A stretch of DNA of 64,000 bases, taken from the NCBI GenBank assembly GCA_051313645.2, contig JBNRSN020000005.1, positions 192,882,001 to 192,946,000 of the forward strand. Direction: 5' to 3'. The position numbers and the translations under genes are program-made. This document shows, one piece after another, positions 1 to 12,333 of the stretch (positions are counted from its first letter, which is position 1; each line of letters starts with the position of its first letter). The DNA comes from Centroscyllium fabricii. Its lineage: Eukaryota. Under the pieces are notes generated by a model. That model did not search any database, was not told the DNA's origin, and saw nothing but the letters and a program-made list of their open reading frames with translations.

Positions 1-312
1 TGTTGGAGAGGGCGATGGCCACAGGGATTCCCTGCACTACCTGCCTGTGTCTGTTTCTAGGCTTGTTGGTCACCCTTCTCCATTCTGCCTGTGCGTCACT
101 TCCCTGCAGTGTGACCAACTCCCTGTATGTGCTATTCACAATGTCCTCCGCATTGCGAATGCTCAGGTATGTCTCCAAACGCCGCTCTAACACCTCCATG
201 CGGACAGTTAGCAGCTGCAGCTTGACATATCTCCTACACATCTGTTTGCCAGGGGCACAGGGAGTGCCCCAGGTCTCCCACATTTTGCAGGAGGAGCACT
301 CTACAGCGCAAA
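1..312 (-). mobile_element. CR1-type LINE ORF1 N-terminal fragment
   Basis: Minus-strand translation ECSSCKMWE...CRRYVKLQLLTVRMEVLERRLETYLSIRNAEDIVNSTYRELVT resembles the Zn-finger/leucine-zipper start of vertebrate CR1 ORF1. A similar CSSCxMWE start occurs at ~41255. Confidence 0.65.
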
Positions 313-317
313 GCAAA

Positions 318-3300
318 GATGTCCCATCCACTGGTTAATTCAGTCCCTGACCCAACAGACACCCGTCCCATCCACTGATTCATTCAGTCCTGACCGAACA
401 CTCACACGTACCATCCACAGATTAATTCTGTCCCTGACCCAGCATGCACAATCCACATTCACTGGGTCATTCAGTCCCTGCCCCAGCATTCACACGCCCC
501 ATACACTGGTTCAGTCAATCCCTGACCAACACTCGCACGTCTCACACACTGGCTCATTAATTACTGATACAAAACCCACACGTTCCATCCACTGGTCGAT
601 TCAGTCCAGACCCAAAACCAACACGTCCCATTCATTGGTTCATTCAGCCTTTTCCAAGCACCCACACGTCCCATCCACTTGTTCATTCGGTCACTGACCC
701 AAAACCCACTCACGTCCCATACCCGGGTTCTTTCAGTCCCTGAACTAGCACCCACACGTCACAAACACAGGCTCATTCTGTCCTGGCCCTATAACCACAC
801 TTCCCATTAATATTTAATTCAGTCCCGACCCAACACCCCCACTTACCATCCAATGGTTTATTCAGTCTTTACCCAACACACACGCATACCATCCACTGAT
901 TCATACAGTCACTGACCCAACACCCACACGCCTCATCCACTGGTTCATTAATCCTGACCCAACACCCACACGTCCCATCCACATGCTCATTCAGTCCGGA
1001 AACAAAACCCACAAGTCCCATGCAGTTGTTCATACTGACCTGACCCAACACCCACACGCCCCATCCACTAATTCAGTTCCTGACACATCACCCATACGTC
1101 CCATGCAATGGTTCATTCAGCCCCAGACCCGTCACTCACACGTCCCACCCACTGTTTCATTCAATCCCTGTCCCAACACCCACACATCCAATCAATAGGT
1201 CATTCACTCCTGATGCAACAATCAAACGTTCCATTCACTAGTTCGTTCATTACCTAAGACAGAACCGACACTTCCCATTCACTGGATCATTCAGTCGAGA
1301 GGCAAATCCCACAGGTCCTATCCACTGATTCATTCAGTCCCTGAACCAACACCCACATGAACCATCCACTTTATAATTCAGTCCTGACCCAACACCCACA
1401 CGTCCCATCCACTGGCTCATTCAGGTCGTTAAAGCACCCACACGTCACATCCATTGGTTCATTCAGTCCTGATGCAACACAGGCACGTCCCATCCACTGG
1501 TTCATTCGTTACGTAGCACAACACACACATGTCCCATCTAGTGGTTCATTTGTTACGTAGCACAACACACACATGTCCCATCCAGTGGTTCATTCAGTCC
1601 TGATCCAACACAGGCACGTCCCATCCACTGGTTCATTTGTTACGTAGCACAACACACACATGTCCCATCCAGTGGTTCATTAAATCCTGAGCCAACAGCC
1701 ACACGTCCCATCACTGGTTCACTCAGCCCATGTGCCAAGACCCACACCTCCCATTCATTGGCTCATTCAGTCCTGAGCCAACACCCACCTGTCCCTTCCA
1801 CTTGTACATTAAGTACTGACCCAAAACGCACATGTCGCATCCACTCATTCATTCAGTCCCTGGCCCAATACCCACATGTCCCATCCACTCATCAATTCAG
1901 TCCCTGACCCAACGCATACACGTCCCATCCACTGATTCATTCAGTCCTGACGCAACACTCACACGTCCCGTCCACATATTAATTCTGTCCCTGACCCAAA
2001 AACGCACAAGCCCCAACCACTGGTTGATTCATTCTCTGACCCAGCACTCACATGCCCGATACACTGGCTCATTCAATCCCTAACCAACACCCACAGGTCT
2101 CATTCACTGGCTCATTCATTCCTGATCTAATACCCACCCGTCCCATCGACTTGTCGATTCAGTCCTGACCCTGAACCAACACGTCTCATCCATTGGTTCA
2201 TTCAGTCTTTCCCCAACACCCACATGTCCCATCCAATTGTTTATACAGTGGCTGACACAAATCCCTCACAAGTCCCATAAACGGGTTCTTTCTGTCCCTG
2301 AACCAACAGCCACACGTCTCAAACACTGGCTCATTCTGCCCTGACCCAATACCCACACGTCCCATAATAGTTAATTCAGTCCCGACCCAACACCCACACT
2401 TAGCATCCACTGGTGCATTCAGCCTTAACACAACACACACGAGTCCCATCTACTGGTTCATTCAATCCTGACCCATCAATCACATGTACAATCCAATGGT
2501 TCATTCTGTCCTGACCCAACACCCACACGTCCCATCCAGTGGACCATTCAGTTCTGAACCAAAATCTACACGTCCTATTCACTAGTCATTCAGTCCTTAC
2601 CCAACACCCACAGGTCCCATGATTGCTTTATTCAGCTCCTGACCCAGTTCCCACATTTCCCATCCACTGGTTCCTTCAATTCTGACCCAAACACGCCACA
2701 TCCATTGATTCAGTCAGTTTTGAGCCAACACAAACACGTCCCATCCATTGGCTCATTCAGTCCTGACCCAACACCCACACGTCCCATCCATTGATTAATT
2801 CTGTCCCTGACCCAGCACGAACAAGCCCCATCGACTGGTTGATTCAATCCCTGACCCAGCACTCACACGCCCCATACACTGGTTCATTCAATCACTAATC
2901 AACAACACCTCTTATACACTGGTTCATTCAATCCCTAATCAACAACAACACGCCTCATACACTGGCTCATTCAATCCTAATCTAATACCCACCCGTCCCA
3001 TCGACTGGTCGATTAAGTCCTGACCCTAATCCAACACGTCCCATCCATTGGTTCATTCAGGCTTTTCCCAACACCCACATGTCCCATTCACTTGTTCATT
3101 CAGTCACTGACCCAAAACACACACATGTCCCATAAACGGGTTCTTTCAGTCCCTGTACCACCACCAACACGTCTCAAACTCTGGCTCATTCTGTTCTGAC
3201 CCAATATCCACACGTCCCATTAATACTTATCTTGGCCTGACCCAACACCCACACGTACCATCTACTGGTGCATTCAGTCTTTACCCAACACGCACACGCG

Positions 3301-5590
3301 TCCCATCCACTGGTTCATTCAATCGTGGCCTATCAGTCACACGTCCCATCCACTGGCTCCTTCTGTCCTGACCCAACAAACCGACGTCCCGTCCGCTGGT
3401 TCATTCAGCCCTGACCCAATACGCAAACGTCCCATCCAGTGGATCATTCAGCCCTGACCCAATACGCAAACGTCCCATCCAGTGGATCATTCAGTCCTGA
3501 ACCAATACACACACGTCTCATCAACTGGCTCACTCAGACCTGACCCAACACCCAATCATCCCATCCGCTGGTTCATTCAGTCCTGACCCAACACCCACAC
3601 GTCCCATCCATTGATTAATTCTGTCCCTGACCCAGCACACACAAGCCCCATCCACGGGTTGATTCAATCCCTGACCCAGCACTCACACGCCCGATACACT
3701 GGTGCATTCAATCCCTAACCAACACCAACACCTCTTATACACTGGCTCATTCATTCCTAATCTAATACCCACCCGTCCCATCGACTGGTCGATTCAGTCC
3801 TGACCCTAATCCAACACGTCCCATCCATTGGTTCATTCAGTCTTTTCCCAACACCCACATGTCCCATCCACTTGTTCGATCAGTCACTGAACCAAAACCC
3901 ACACACGTCCCCTACATGGGTTCTTTCAGTCCCTGAACCACCACCAACACGTCTCAAACACTGGCTCATTCTGTCCTGACCCAATACCCACACATCTCAT
4001 TAATACTTAATTCAGTCCCAACCCAACACCCACATGTACCATCCACTGGTACACCAAGTCTTTACCCAACACACACACACGCATCCCATCCACTGATTCA
4101 TTCAGTCCCTTACCCAACACCCACACATACCATCGACTGGTTCATTCAATCCTGGCCTATCAGTCACACGTCCCATCCAATGGTTCTTTCTCTCCTGACC
4201 CAACAGTCATACATCCCACTCACTGGTACGTTCAGTCCCGGACCCAAAACACACACGTTCCATCCACTGGTTCATTCAAACCTGACCCAACCCCCACAGG
4301 TCCCATCCACTGGCTCCTTCTGTGCTGACCCAACAAACCGACGTCCCGTCCGCTGGTTCATTCAGCCCTGACCCAATACCCACACGTCCCATCCAGTGGA
4401 TCATTCAGCCCTGAACCAATACGCACACGTCCCATCAACTGGCTCACTCAGACCTGATCCAACACCCAGTGATCCCATCCGCTGGTTCTTTCTGTCCCTG
4501 AACCAACACCCACACATCCCATCCATTGGTTCATTCAGTCCTGACCCAACACCCACAATCCCATCCAGTGGTTCATTCCGCCCTGACCCAACACACAAAC
4601 GTCCCATCCACTGGCCTATTCAGTCCTGAACCAACACACACACGTCCCATTCACTGGCCGATGCAGTCCAGATTCAATACCCACACGTACCATCCGCTGG
4701 TTCATTCTATCCTGACCCGACCCAACACCAACACGTTCCATCGACTGGTTCATTCAGACCTGACCCAAATCCAAACGTCCCATCCAGTGGTTAATTCACC
4801 CCTGACCCAACACCCACCCGTACCATCCACTTTTTCATTCAGTCCTGACCCAACATCCACACGTCCCACCCACTTGTTCTTTCAGTCCTGGCCCGAATCC
4901 CACCCGTCCAATCCATTAGTTCATTCAGTCCTGACCCAACACCAATACGTCCCATCCAATGTTTCATTCAGTCCTGAACCAAAACCCACATGTCCATCCA
5001 CTGGTTCATTCAGCCCTGATCCAACACGCAGACGTCCATTCCACTGGTTCTTGCAGCCCCTGACCAAAAACTCACACGACCCAACAACTGGTTCATTCAG
5101 TCCCTGACCAAACACCCACACATCCCAACGACTGGCTCATTCAGTACCTGTCCTAAGAGCCACGAGTCCCAGACACTGGTTCATTCAGTCCTGACATAAA
5201 TCCCACAGGTCTAATCCACTGGTTCATTCAGTCGCTGACCCAACACCCACACATCCAATCAATAGGTCATTCACTCCTGATGCAACAATCAAACGTTCCA
5301 TCCACTAGTTCATTCATGACCTGAGACAGAACCCACACTTCCCATCCACTGAATCATTCAGCCCTGACAAAAAACCCACACGTCACATCCACTGCTACAA
5401 TCAGTCCTGATCCAGCACCCACACGTCCCATCCACTGATTCATTCAGTCCCTGAACCAAAAGCAACATGACCCATACACTGTTTCATTGAGGCCTGACCC
5501 AACAGACATACTTCACATCCATAGCTTCATTCAGTCCCTGCCCCAATGCCCACAAGTCCCATCCACTGGTTCATTCGGCCCTGAATAAAA
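318..5590 (+). repeat. 43/44-bp satellite, block A
   Basis: Tandem diverged copies of GTCCCATCCACTGGTTCATTCAGTCC(C)TGACCCAACACCCACAC. Confidence 0.97.
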
Positions 5591-5935
5591 CGGAATCAAG
5601 ATGGCGGCCGTTATCCGGGGCCTGTGACCAGAAGAAGCCCCGAAGCTGCAAACGCGGCGCCTTCAGGTTATTATTCGGGGTCTACGGCCTGCACCAGATG
5701 TTTATGAAGTCTAACCGCCGGTAGATTACTCTGCTCCGTCCGGCCGCTTCTCATTAGTTTTTCAGGACCTGTTCGGTACACTGTCTCCCACAACAAACGA
5801 CTTCAGAATTGAGACGCACCGCGCATGCTCCAAACACAGGCGGGTCCCGCGCCTGCGCACTGGGCTCCTGTTGTCTGGGTGCGGCACATTCTCCCCCGTG
5901 GGGAATGCTGGGGAAAAGCCCCGCCATTGAAAGGT
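5591..5935. promoter_or_regulatory. CpG-rich promoter-like island with YY1 and NRF1-like motifs
   Basis: CAAGATGGCGGC at 5597-5608, GCGCATGCTC at 5821 and GCGCCTGCGCA at 5849-5859. CpG density is high relative to the flanks. Confidence 0.5.
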
Positions 5936-6119
5936 CACAATCGTGATTAGAACTGGATTTACTGGGATTGTACTGAACACTGAACCTTATTCATTCTAGC
6001 AGTTAGAGTGTGTTTCTGCTGATCGTAATCACCCCTATACCTGGGCTGGAGATTAATATTCTTTATAAATATTGAATATCTCAACTTTGTTTCAAACAAG
6101 GTGTATTCAATGACGGCAG

Positions 6120-6630
6120 AGGGTGCTGGAAATGCTCAGCAGGTCGGCCAGCATCCGTGGAGAGAGAAACAGAGTTAATGTTTCGGGTCTGTGAACCTTC
6201 ATCGGAACTGGATAGGTTGGAGATGTAACAGATTTTGGGCAGGTTCAGAGGCAGGGGAAGGCGAAGGGTGGTGGAGAATGGGGGGGCGGTCTTTGATGGG
6301 GTGGAGGGCAGGTGTGGTTGAACGTTGCGGGTGGGGATGGCAGAGTCGTCACCTGCTGCCTGGAAGGGTAGGGGCAGAGGTTGTAGTCTGAAACTGTTGA
6401 ACTCGATGTTGAACCACTGCTCTCGCCGCATCCTGAGATCCATGCACAACGCCATGCATTGCCACATGAACACACTCGACCTCTCTCTTCAGCAGCACTG
6501 ACTCACTATCTCAGAGCTGTCCTGGTCCACAGTTCCATTTCATCCTTTGCCTCATCTTGTGCTTCAATAAAAACCTTTTTTTCTTCCTTTCAGCTGTCAA
6601 GGATCGCAAGCTTCAACAACTCTTGGACAC
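6120..6630. mobile_element. Penelope-like element fragment (pLTR with degenerate hammerhead)
   Basis: GCTGGAAATGCTCAGCAGGTC...GAGTTAATGTTTCGGG terminus. The minus strand has an NIEFNSFR ORF end and the hammerhead-like core CCGATGAAGG..CCCGAAAC. Confidence 0.6.
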
Positions 6631-7510
6631 CAATTCAATTCAATTCAATTCAAGTTTTATTGTCATTGCAGAGTACTAGTACAATACAAGGAGACAAAGA
6701 CTCGACGCTCCCGAGAGTAGTGCAAATAAATTACATGCAAATTGCATACAGTAAAGTACATTTTCAGGTGTGCAGGTACCGGAGTTTATTTTTAGAGTTC
6801 AAGAGGCTGACAGCCCTGGGAAAGAAGCTGTTCTTAAATCTAGTCGTGCGGGTGCAAATTGATCTGTAGCGTCTCCCGGTGGGCAGGGGGGAGAACAGAC
6901 TGTGGCTGGGGTGTGTGGGGTTTTTAATAATGTTCAGAGACCTCCGTAGGCAGCGTTTGAGGTAGATGCTTTCAATTGACGGTAGCTGGGTGCTGGTGAT
7001 TCGTTGGACAGTTTTGACTACCCGCTGCAGGGTCTTCCGGTCCGAGATGGTGCAATTTCCATACCAGACTGTGATGCAGCTTGTCAGTATGCTTTTGATT
7101 GTGCAGCGGTAGAAGTTGGAGAGGATGCCGGATGACAGCCTGGCTTTCTTCAGCTTCCTTAGGAAGTACAGGCGCTGTTGGGCCTTCTTAACCAGAGAGG
7201 AGGTGTTTAGTGACCAGGAGAGGTCTTCCGAGATGTGGACCCCGAGGAACTTGAAGCTGTATACCCTTTCCACCTCAGCCCCTTGGATGAAGATGGGGGT
7301 GTGTCTTCTGCTTTCAGTCCTCTGGAAGTCCACTATGATCTCCTTAGTTTTCTTGGTGTTCAGTGCCAGGTCGTTGTCGGCACACCAACCCACAAGGCGC
7401 TGGATCTCATCCCTGTAGGCTGACTCATTGTTGTTTTTGATCTGGCCAACCACCGTGGTGTCATCCGCAAACTTGATGATCGTGTTGGAGCCATGGACAG
7501 CCGCGAGTGA
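6631..7510 (-). mobile_element. Rex1/Babar-like LINE, 5'-truncated
   Basis: ORF 6764-7600 encodes IIKFADDTTVVG..WCADNDLALNTKKTKEIIVDF..KAQQRLYFLRKLK. It has an AATAAA and a (TTGAA)n 3' tail. Confidence 0.9.
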
Positions 7511-7519
7511 AGAGGGAGT

Positions 7520-7671
7520 GAGATGTCGGTGTGGGATCGAGGGATATAGGGAGAAGGCACGGACAGGGTACTGGGTTTGGATGGTCAGCCATGATCTCAT
7601 TGAATGGCGGAGCAGGCTCGAAGGGCCGAATGGCCTACTCCTGCGCCTATCTTCTATGTTTCTATGTTTCT
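7520..7671 (+). mobile_element. HE1-like SINE 3' part (CR1-derived tail)
   Basis: GAATGGCGGAGCAGGCTCGAAGGGCCGAATGGCCTACTCCT..(CTATGTTT)n matches the 3' half of the full copy at 55026. Confidence 0.85.
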
Positions 7672-9543
7672 AACACCCACTCGTCCCATCCATTGGTTCA
7701 TTCAGTGCTGAATAATAACCCACACGTCAACATCCACTGGTTCATTAAATCCTGACCAAACACCCACACGTCCCATCCAATGGGTCATTCAAACACTGAG
7801 CATGCAAACACTCCTGCCATCCATTGGTTTATTCAGTCCCTGACCCAACACCCACTCGTCCCATCCACTGGTTCATTCATTCACTGACCCAAAACACACA
7901 CGCCCCATCCACTGGTACATTCAGCCCCTGACCCAAAACACACACGCCCCATCCACTGGTACATTCAGCCCCTGAACCAACACCCACTCACCCCATCCAC
8001 TGGTACATTCATTCGCTGACCCAAAACACACACACCCCATCCACTGGTACATTCAGCCCCTGACCCAACACCCACACGCCCCATCCACTGGTACATTCAG
8101 CCCCTGACCTAAAATACACACGCCCCATCCACTGGTACATTCAGCCCCTGACCCAACACAATCTCCTCCCATCCACTAGTTTATTCGGTCACTAAATCAA
8201 CACCCACAGGTCACAAACTCTGGCTCATTCAGTCTGACCCAAAATCCACACGTCCCTTTCACTGGTTTATTCAGCACTGACCCAAAACCTACAGGGTTCA
8301 TCCACTGCTTCATTCAGTCCTGACCCAAAACCCACACGTCCCATACACTGATTAATTCAGTCCTGACCCAACACCCACACGTCCCATCCTTTGGTTCATT
8401 CAGTCCCTCACTGAACACCTGCACCTGTCATTCACTGTTTCATTCAGTCCTGAACCAACAACCACAAGTACAATTCACTGGTTCATTCTTTCCTGATTAA
8501 ACATCCACATGTCCCATCCAGTGGCTCATTCAGTCCTGACCCAACACCCACACATCCCATCCACTGGTTCAGTAAATCCTGACTAAATACCCACATGTCC
8601 CATCCACTGGTTCATTCAGTCACTGACCCAACACCCACTCCTCACATCCATTGGTTCATTCAGTCCCAGACCCAACAACCACTCGTCCCATCGCTGGTTC
8701 ATTCACTCCTGACGCAACACCCGCACGTTCCTGTCAATGGTTCATTCAGTTCCTGACCAAGCACCCACACGTCCCCTCCAGTGGCTCATTCAGTCCTGAT
8801 CCAACACCAACATGTCCTGTCTACTGGTCCATTCAGTCCTTACCCAACACCCACCAAGTCCTGACAAAAAACCTACAGGGTTCATCCACTGCTTCATTCA
8901 GTCCTGACCCAACACCCACACGTCCCATCCATTGGTTCATTCACTCACTGAACGAACACCCACACGTCCCATCCACTGGTTCATTCATTAGCTGAGCCAG
9001 AACCCACATGTCCCATCCACTGTTTCATTCAGTCTTGACACAAAACCCACACGGCCCATCCACTGCTTCATTCAGTCCTGTCCCAACACCCACACGGCCC
9101 ATCCACTGCTTCATTCAGTCCTGATCCAACACCCACAGGTCCCATCCACTGGATCATTCAGTCTAGACGCAATAGCCACACGTCTCATCCACGGATTCAT
9201 TCAGTCTGGACCCAACAACAAGAAGTCCCATCCACTTTTACATTCATACCTGACCCAACACCCACAAGTCCCATCCAATTGTTCATTCAGTCCTGAGCCA
9301 AAACCCACACGTCCCATCCACTGGTTAATTCAGTCCTGACAACATCCACACGTCCCATCCATTGGTACATTCAGTCATGATGCAACACACACATGTCCCA
9401 TCCACTGGTTCATTCAAACCTTACCCAACACCCACACATCCCATCCACTGGTCCGTTCAGTCCTGACCAAACACCCTGGCGCCCCATCCACTGGCTCTTT
9501 CACTCCGGACTCAAAACCCACAAGTCCCATCCAGTGGTTCATT

Positions 9544-9891
9544 CAGTGGTTAGCCCTGCTGCCTCGAAATAAGCAACTCCTGTTTACGAATCCTGCTTGG
9601 CCAGGGACCTTTCTGCATGTAGTTTACATGTTCTCCCGTGTTCATGTGGGTTTACTCCGGGTACTCTGGTTTCCTCACACCACCCAAAGGTTAGGTGAAT
9701 TGGAGATACTAAAAATTGCCCATGAGTATGTGTGTGATATATAGTTCTTAGAGTTAGGTGTGTTAGGGATATGGGGAGAGGGTAGGATGGGATTGCTGGG
9801 TTTGGAAGATCAGCCATGATCTCATCTAAAAGTGTGAGCAGTCTCGAAGGGCCGAGTGGCCTGCTCCTGCTCCAAAATCTATGTTTCCGTG
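9544..9891 (+). mobile_element. HE1-like tRNA-derived SINE (diverged)
   Basis: Head CAGTGGTTAGC, core TTCTCCCGTG..GTGGGTTT..CCGGGT..GGTTTCCTC, and CR1-type tail GAAGGGCCGAGTGGCCT. Confidence 0.8.
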
Positions 9892-10047
9892 TATTCAGTC
9901 CTGAACAACAAGCAAACGGCCCATCCACTGGTTCATTCAGTCCTGACCGAACACCAATAGGTCACATCCAATGTTTTTTTCAGTCAAAAACCAAAACCAA
10001 CTTGTCCCATCCACTGATTCCTTCAGTTCCGACCCAACAAGCACACG

Positions 10048-10064
10048 ATCCCAAGTCGACCTCG

Positions 10065-10097
<33 letters not shown>

Positions 10098-10239
10098 GGA
10101 TGGGAGACCATCGGGGAAGACCAGGTGCAATAGCAGGCAGTGACCACGGAGGAGGCGCTAACGCGCGGTCAAAAAGCAGACCGTTAACCGGTCTGTTAAA
10201 AACTCCATCCACCACTTCGAAAGAAGATACGACAAGAAG
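10048..10239 (+). mobile_element. 5S rRNA-derived SINE-like retroposon with 9-bp TSD
   Basis: CTCGGAAGCTAAGCAGAGTCAGGCCTGGTCAGTACTTGGATGGGAGACC matches the 5S rRNA internal control region (box A, IE, box C). It is followed by a ~105-nt non-5S body and an AAG-rich tail. AAGCACACG is duplicated at 10039-10047 and 10240-10248. Confidence 0.8.
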
Positions 10240-10393
10240 AAGCACACGTCCCTTCGACTGGTTCATTCTGTCCCTGACCAAACACTCACACGACCCATCC
10301 ACTGGTTCATTCAGTCCCGGACCAAACACCCACAAATCCCATGCACTGGTTTATTCAGTCCTGAAAAAAAAACACACGTCCCATCCACTGGTT

Positions 10394-11371
10394 CGTTTGT
10401 AGTCTATGTTAATGATTTAGATATTAATGTAAAAGGCATGATCAGTAAGTTTGCAGATGACACAAAGGTTGTGGGGTTGGTACATAGCGAGGAGGAAATC
10501 CGCAACATGCAGGACGAAATAGATGAGTTGGTCAGATGGGCGGAACAGTGGCAAATGGAATTTAATCCTAAAAAGTGTGAGGTGATGCATTTCGGTAGGT
10601 CTAACATGGCAAGGCAATACACCATGAATGGTAGGACGCTAGGGAAGACAGAGGATCAGAGGAACCTTGGTGTGCAGGTACATCGGTCCCTGAAGGCAGC
10701 AGGAGAGGTGGATAAGGTGGTTAAAATGGCATATGGGATACTTGCCTTCATTAGGCGAGGCATGGAATATAAGAGCAGGGAGGTTATGATCTAGCTGTAC
10801 AAAATGCTGGTAAGGCCACAGCTGGAGTACTGTGTGCAGTTCTGGTCGCCACACTACAGGAAGGATGTAATAGCTTTGGAGAGGGTGCAGAGGAGATTCA
10901 CCAGGATGTTGTCTGGGCTGGGGAGCTTCAGCTATGAAGAGAGACTGGAGAGGCTGTGGTTGTTTTCCTTGGAGCAGAGGAGGCTGAGCGGGGACCTGAT
11001 TAAGGTGTACAAAATTATGAGGGGAATAGATAGGGTGGATGGAGTGGAACTTTTTCCCTTGGTTGAGGGGTCAATAACTAGGGGGCATAATTTCAGGCTG
11101 AGGGGCAGGAGGTATCGTGGGGATGTGAGGAAGAACATTTTCACCCAGAGGGTGGTTGGAGTCTGGAACTCACTGCCTGAGAGGGTGGTAGATGTGGGAA
11201 CACTCACAACATTCAAGAAGCATTTGGATGAGCACTTTAAGTGCCACAGCATACAAGGCTATGGACCAAATGCGGGAAAATGCGAGTAGTATAGAGTGGG
11301 ATTGATGGGCAGCACGGAAGCGCTGGGCCGAAGGGCCTCTTTCTGTGCTGTATTACTATATGACTCTATGA
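10394..11371 (+). mobile_element. CR1 (HER1-like) LINE 3' fragment
   Basis: ORFs encode ISKFADDTKV..WQMEFNPKKCEVMHFG and LVRPQLEYCVQFWSPH..FTQRVVGVWNSLP. There is an in-frame stop at ~10792 and a (CTATGA)n tail. Confidence 0.95.
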
Positions 11372-12146
11372 CAATGGTTCATTCGGTCCTGAACAAATAT
11401 CTACTCGTCCCATCCACTGGTTCATTGTGACCTGACCCAATAACCCAACGTCACATTTACTGGTTCATTCAGTCCCTGAACCAAACCCCACATGTCCGAT
11501 CCACATGTTTATTAATTCCCTGACCCAACACCTGCATGTCCCATCCAAAGCTACATTTAGTCACTGACCCAACACCCACACATCACATTCACGTGTTCTT
11601 TCTGTCCCTGACCCAAAACCCACATGTCCCATCCATGGGTTCCTTCCGACACAGACCAAACACCCACTCGTCTCATCCATTGGTTCATTAAGTCCCTGAC
11701 CGAACACCCACACGTCCCATCCACTGGTTCCTTCAGTCACTGACATAAAACCCACTCATTCCCTCGTCTGCTTCATTCGATCCCGACCCAACACCCACAC
11801 GTCCCATCCACTGGTTCATTCAGGCATGACCCAACACCCAGACGTACCAACCACTGGTTCATTCATTCCTGTCCCAACACCCACTTGTCCCATCCATTGA
11901 TTCATTCAGTCCTGACCCAACACCCACTCGTCCCATCCATTGATTCATTCATTCCTGTCCCAACACCCACTTGTCCCATCCATTGATTCATTCAGTCCTG
12001 ACCCAACACCCACTCGTCCCATCACTGGTTCATTTATTCCTGTCTCAAAACCCACTCATCAACATCCACTGGTTCATTAAATCCTGACCAAACACCCACA
12101 CGTCTCAGCGACTGGTTCATTCCATCCCTGACCCACCACACACACC

Positions 12147-12333
12147 TACATAGAAACATAGAAACATAGAAACATAGAAGTTAGGAGCAGGAGTAGGCCA
12201 TTCCGCCTTTCGTGCCTGCTCCGCCATTCAATGAGATCATGGCTGATCATCGAAACCCAGCACCCCGACCTGCCCTCTCCCCATATCCCTCGATCCCTAT
12301 CGAGCCTGCACCGACACATATCCCACCCTATCT
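12147..12333 (-). mobile_element. HE1-like SINE 3' part
   Basis: (CATAGAAA)n followed by GGAGCAGGAGTAGGCCATT, the reverse complement of the SINE tail. Confidence 0.85.

Noticed and set aside
6170-6210. Active hammerhead ribozymes here and at ~25185-25222
   Set aside because: Core bases are mutated (CCGAUGA here; UAAA instead of GAAA at 25.2 kb), so they are probably inactive relics.
10048-10135. Functional 5S rRNA gene
   Set aside because: It lacks the 5' ~30 nt and the oligo-T terminator, has several substitutions, and is fused to other sequence between TSDs.
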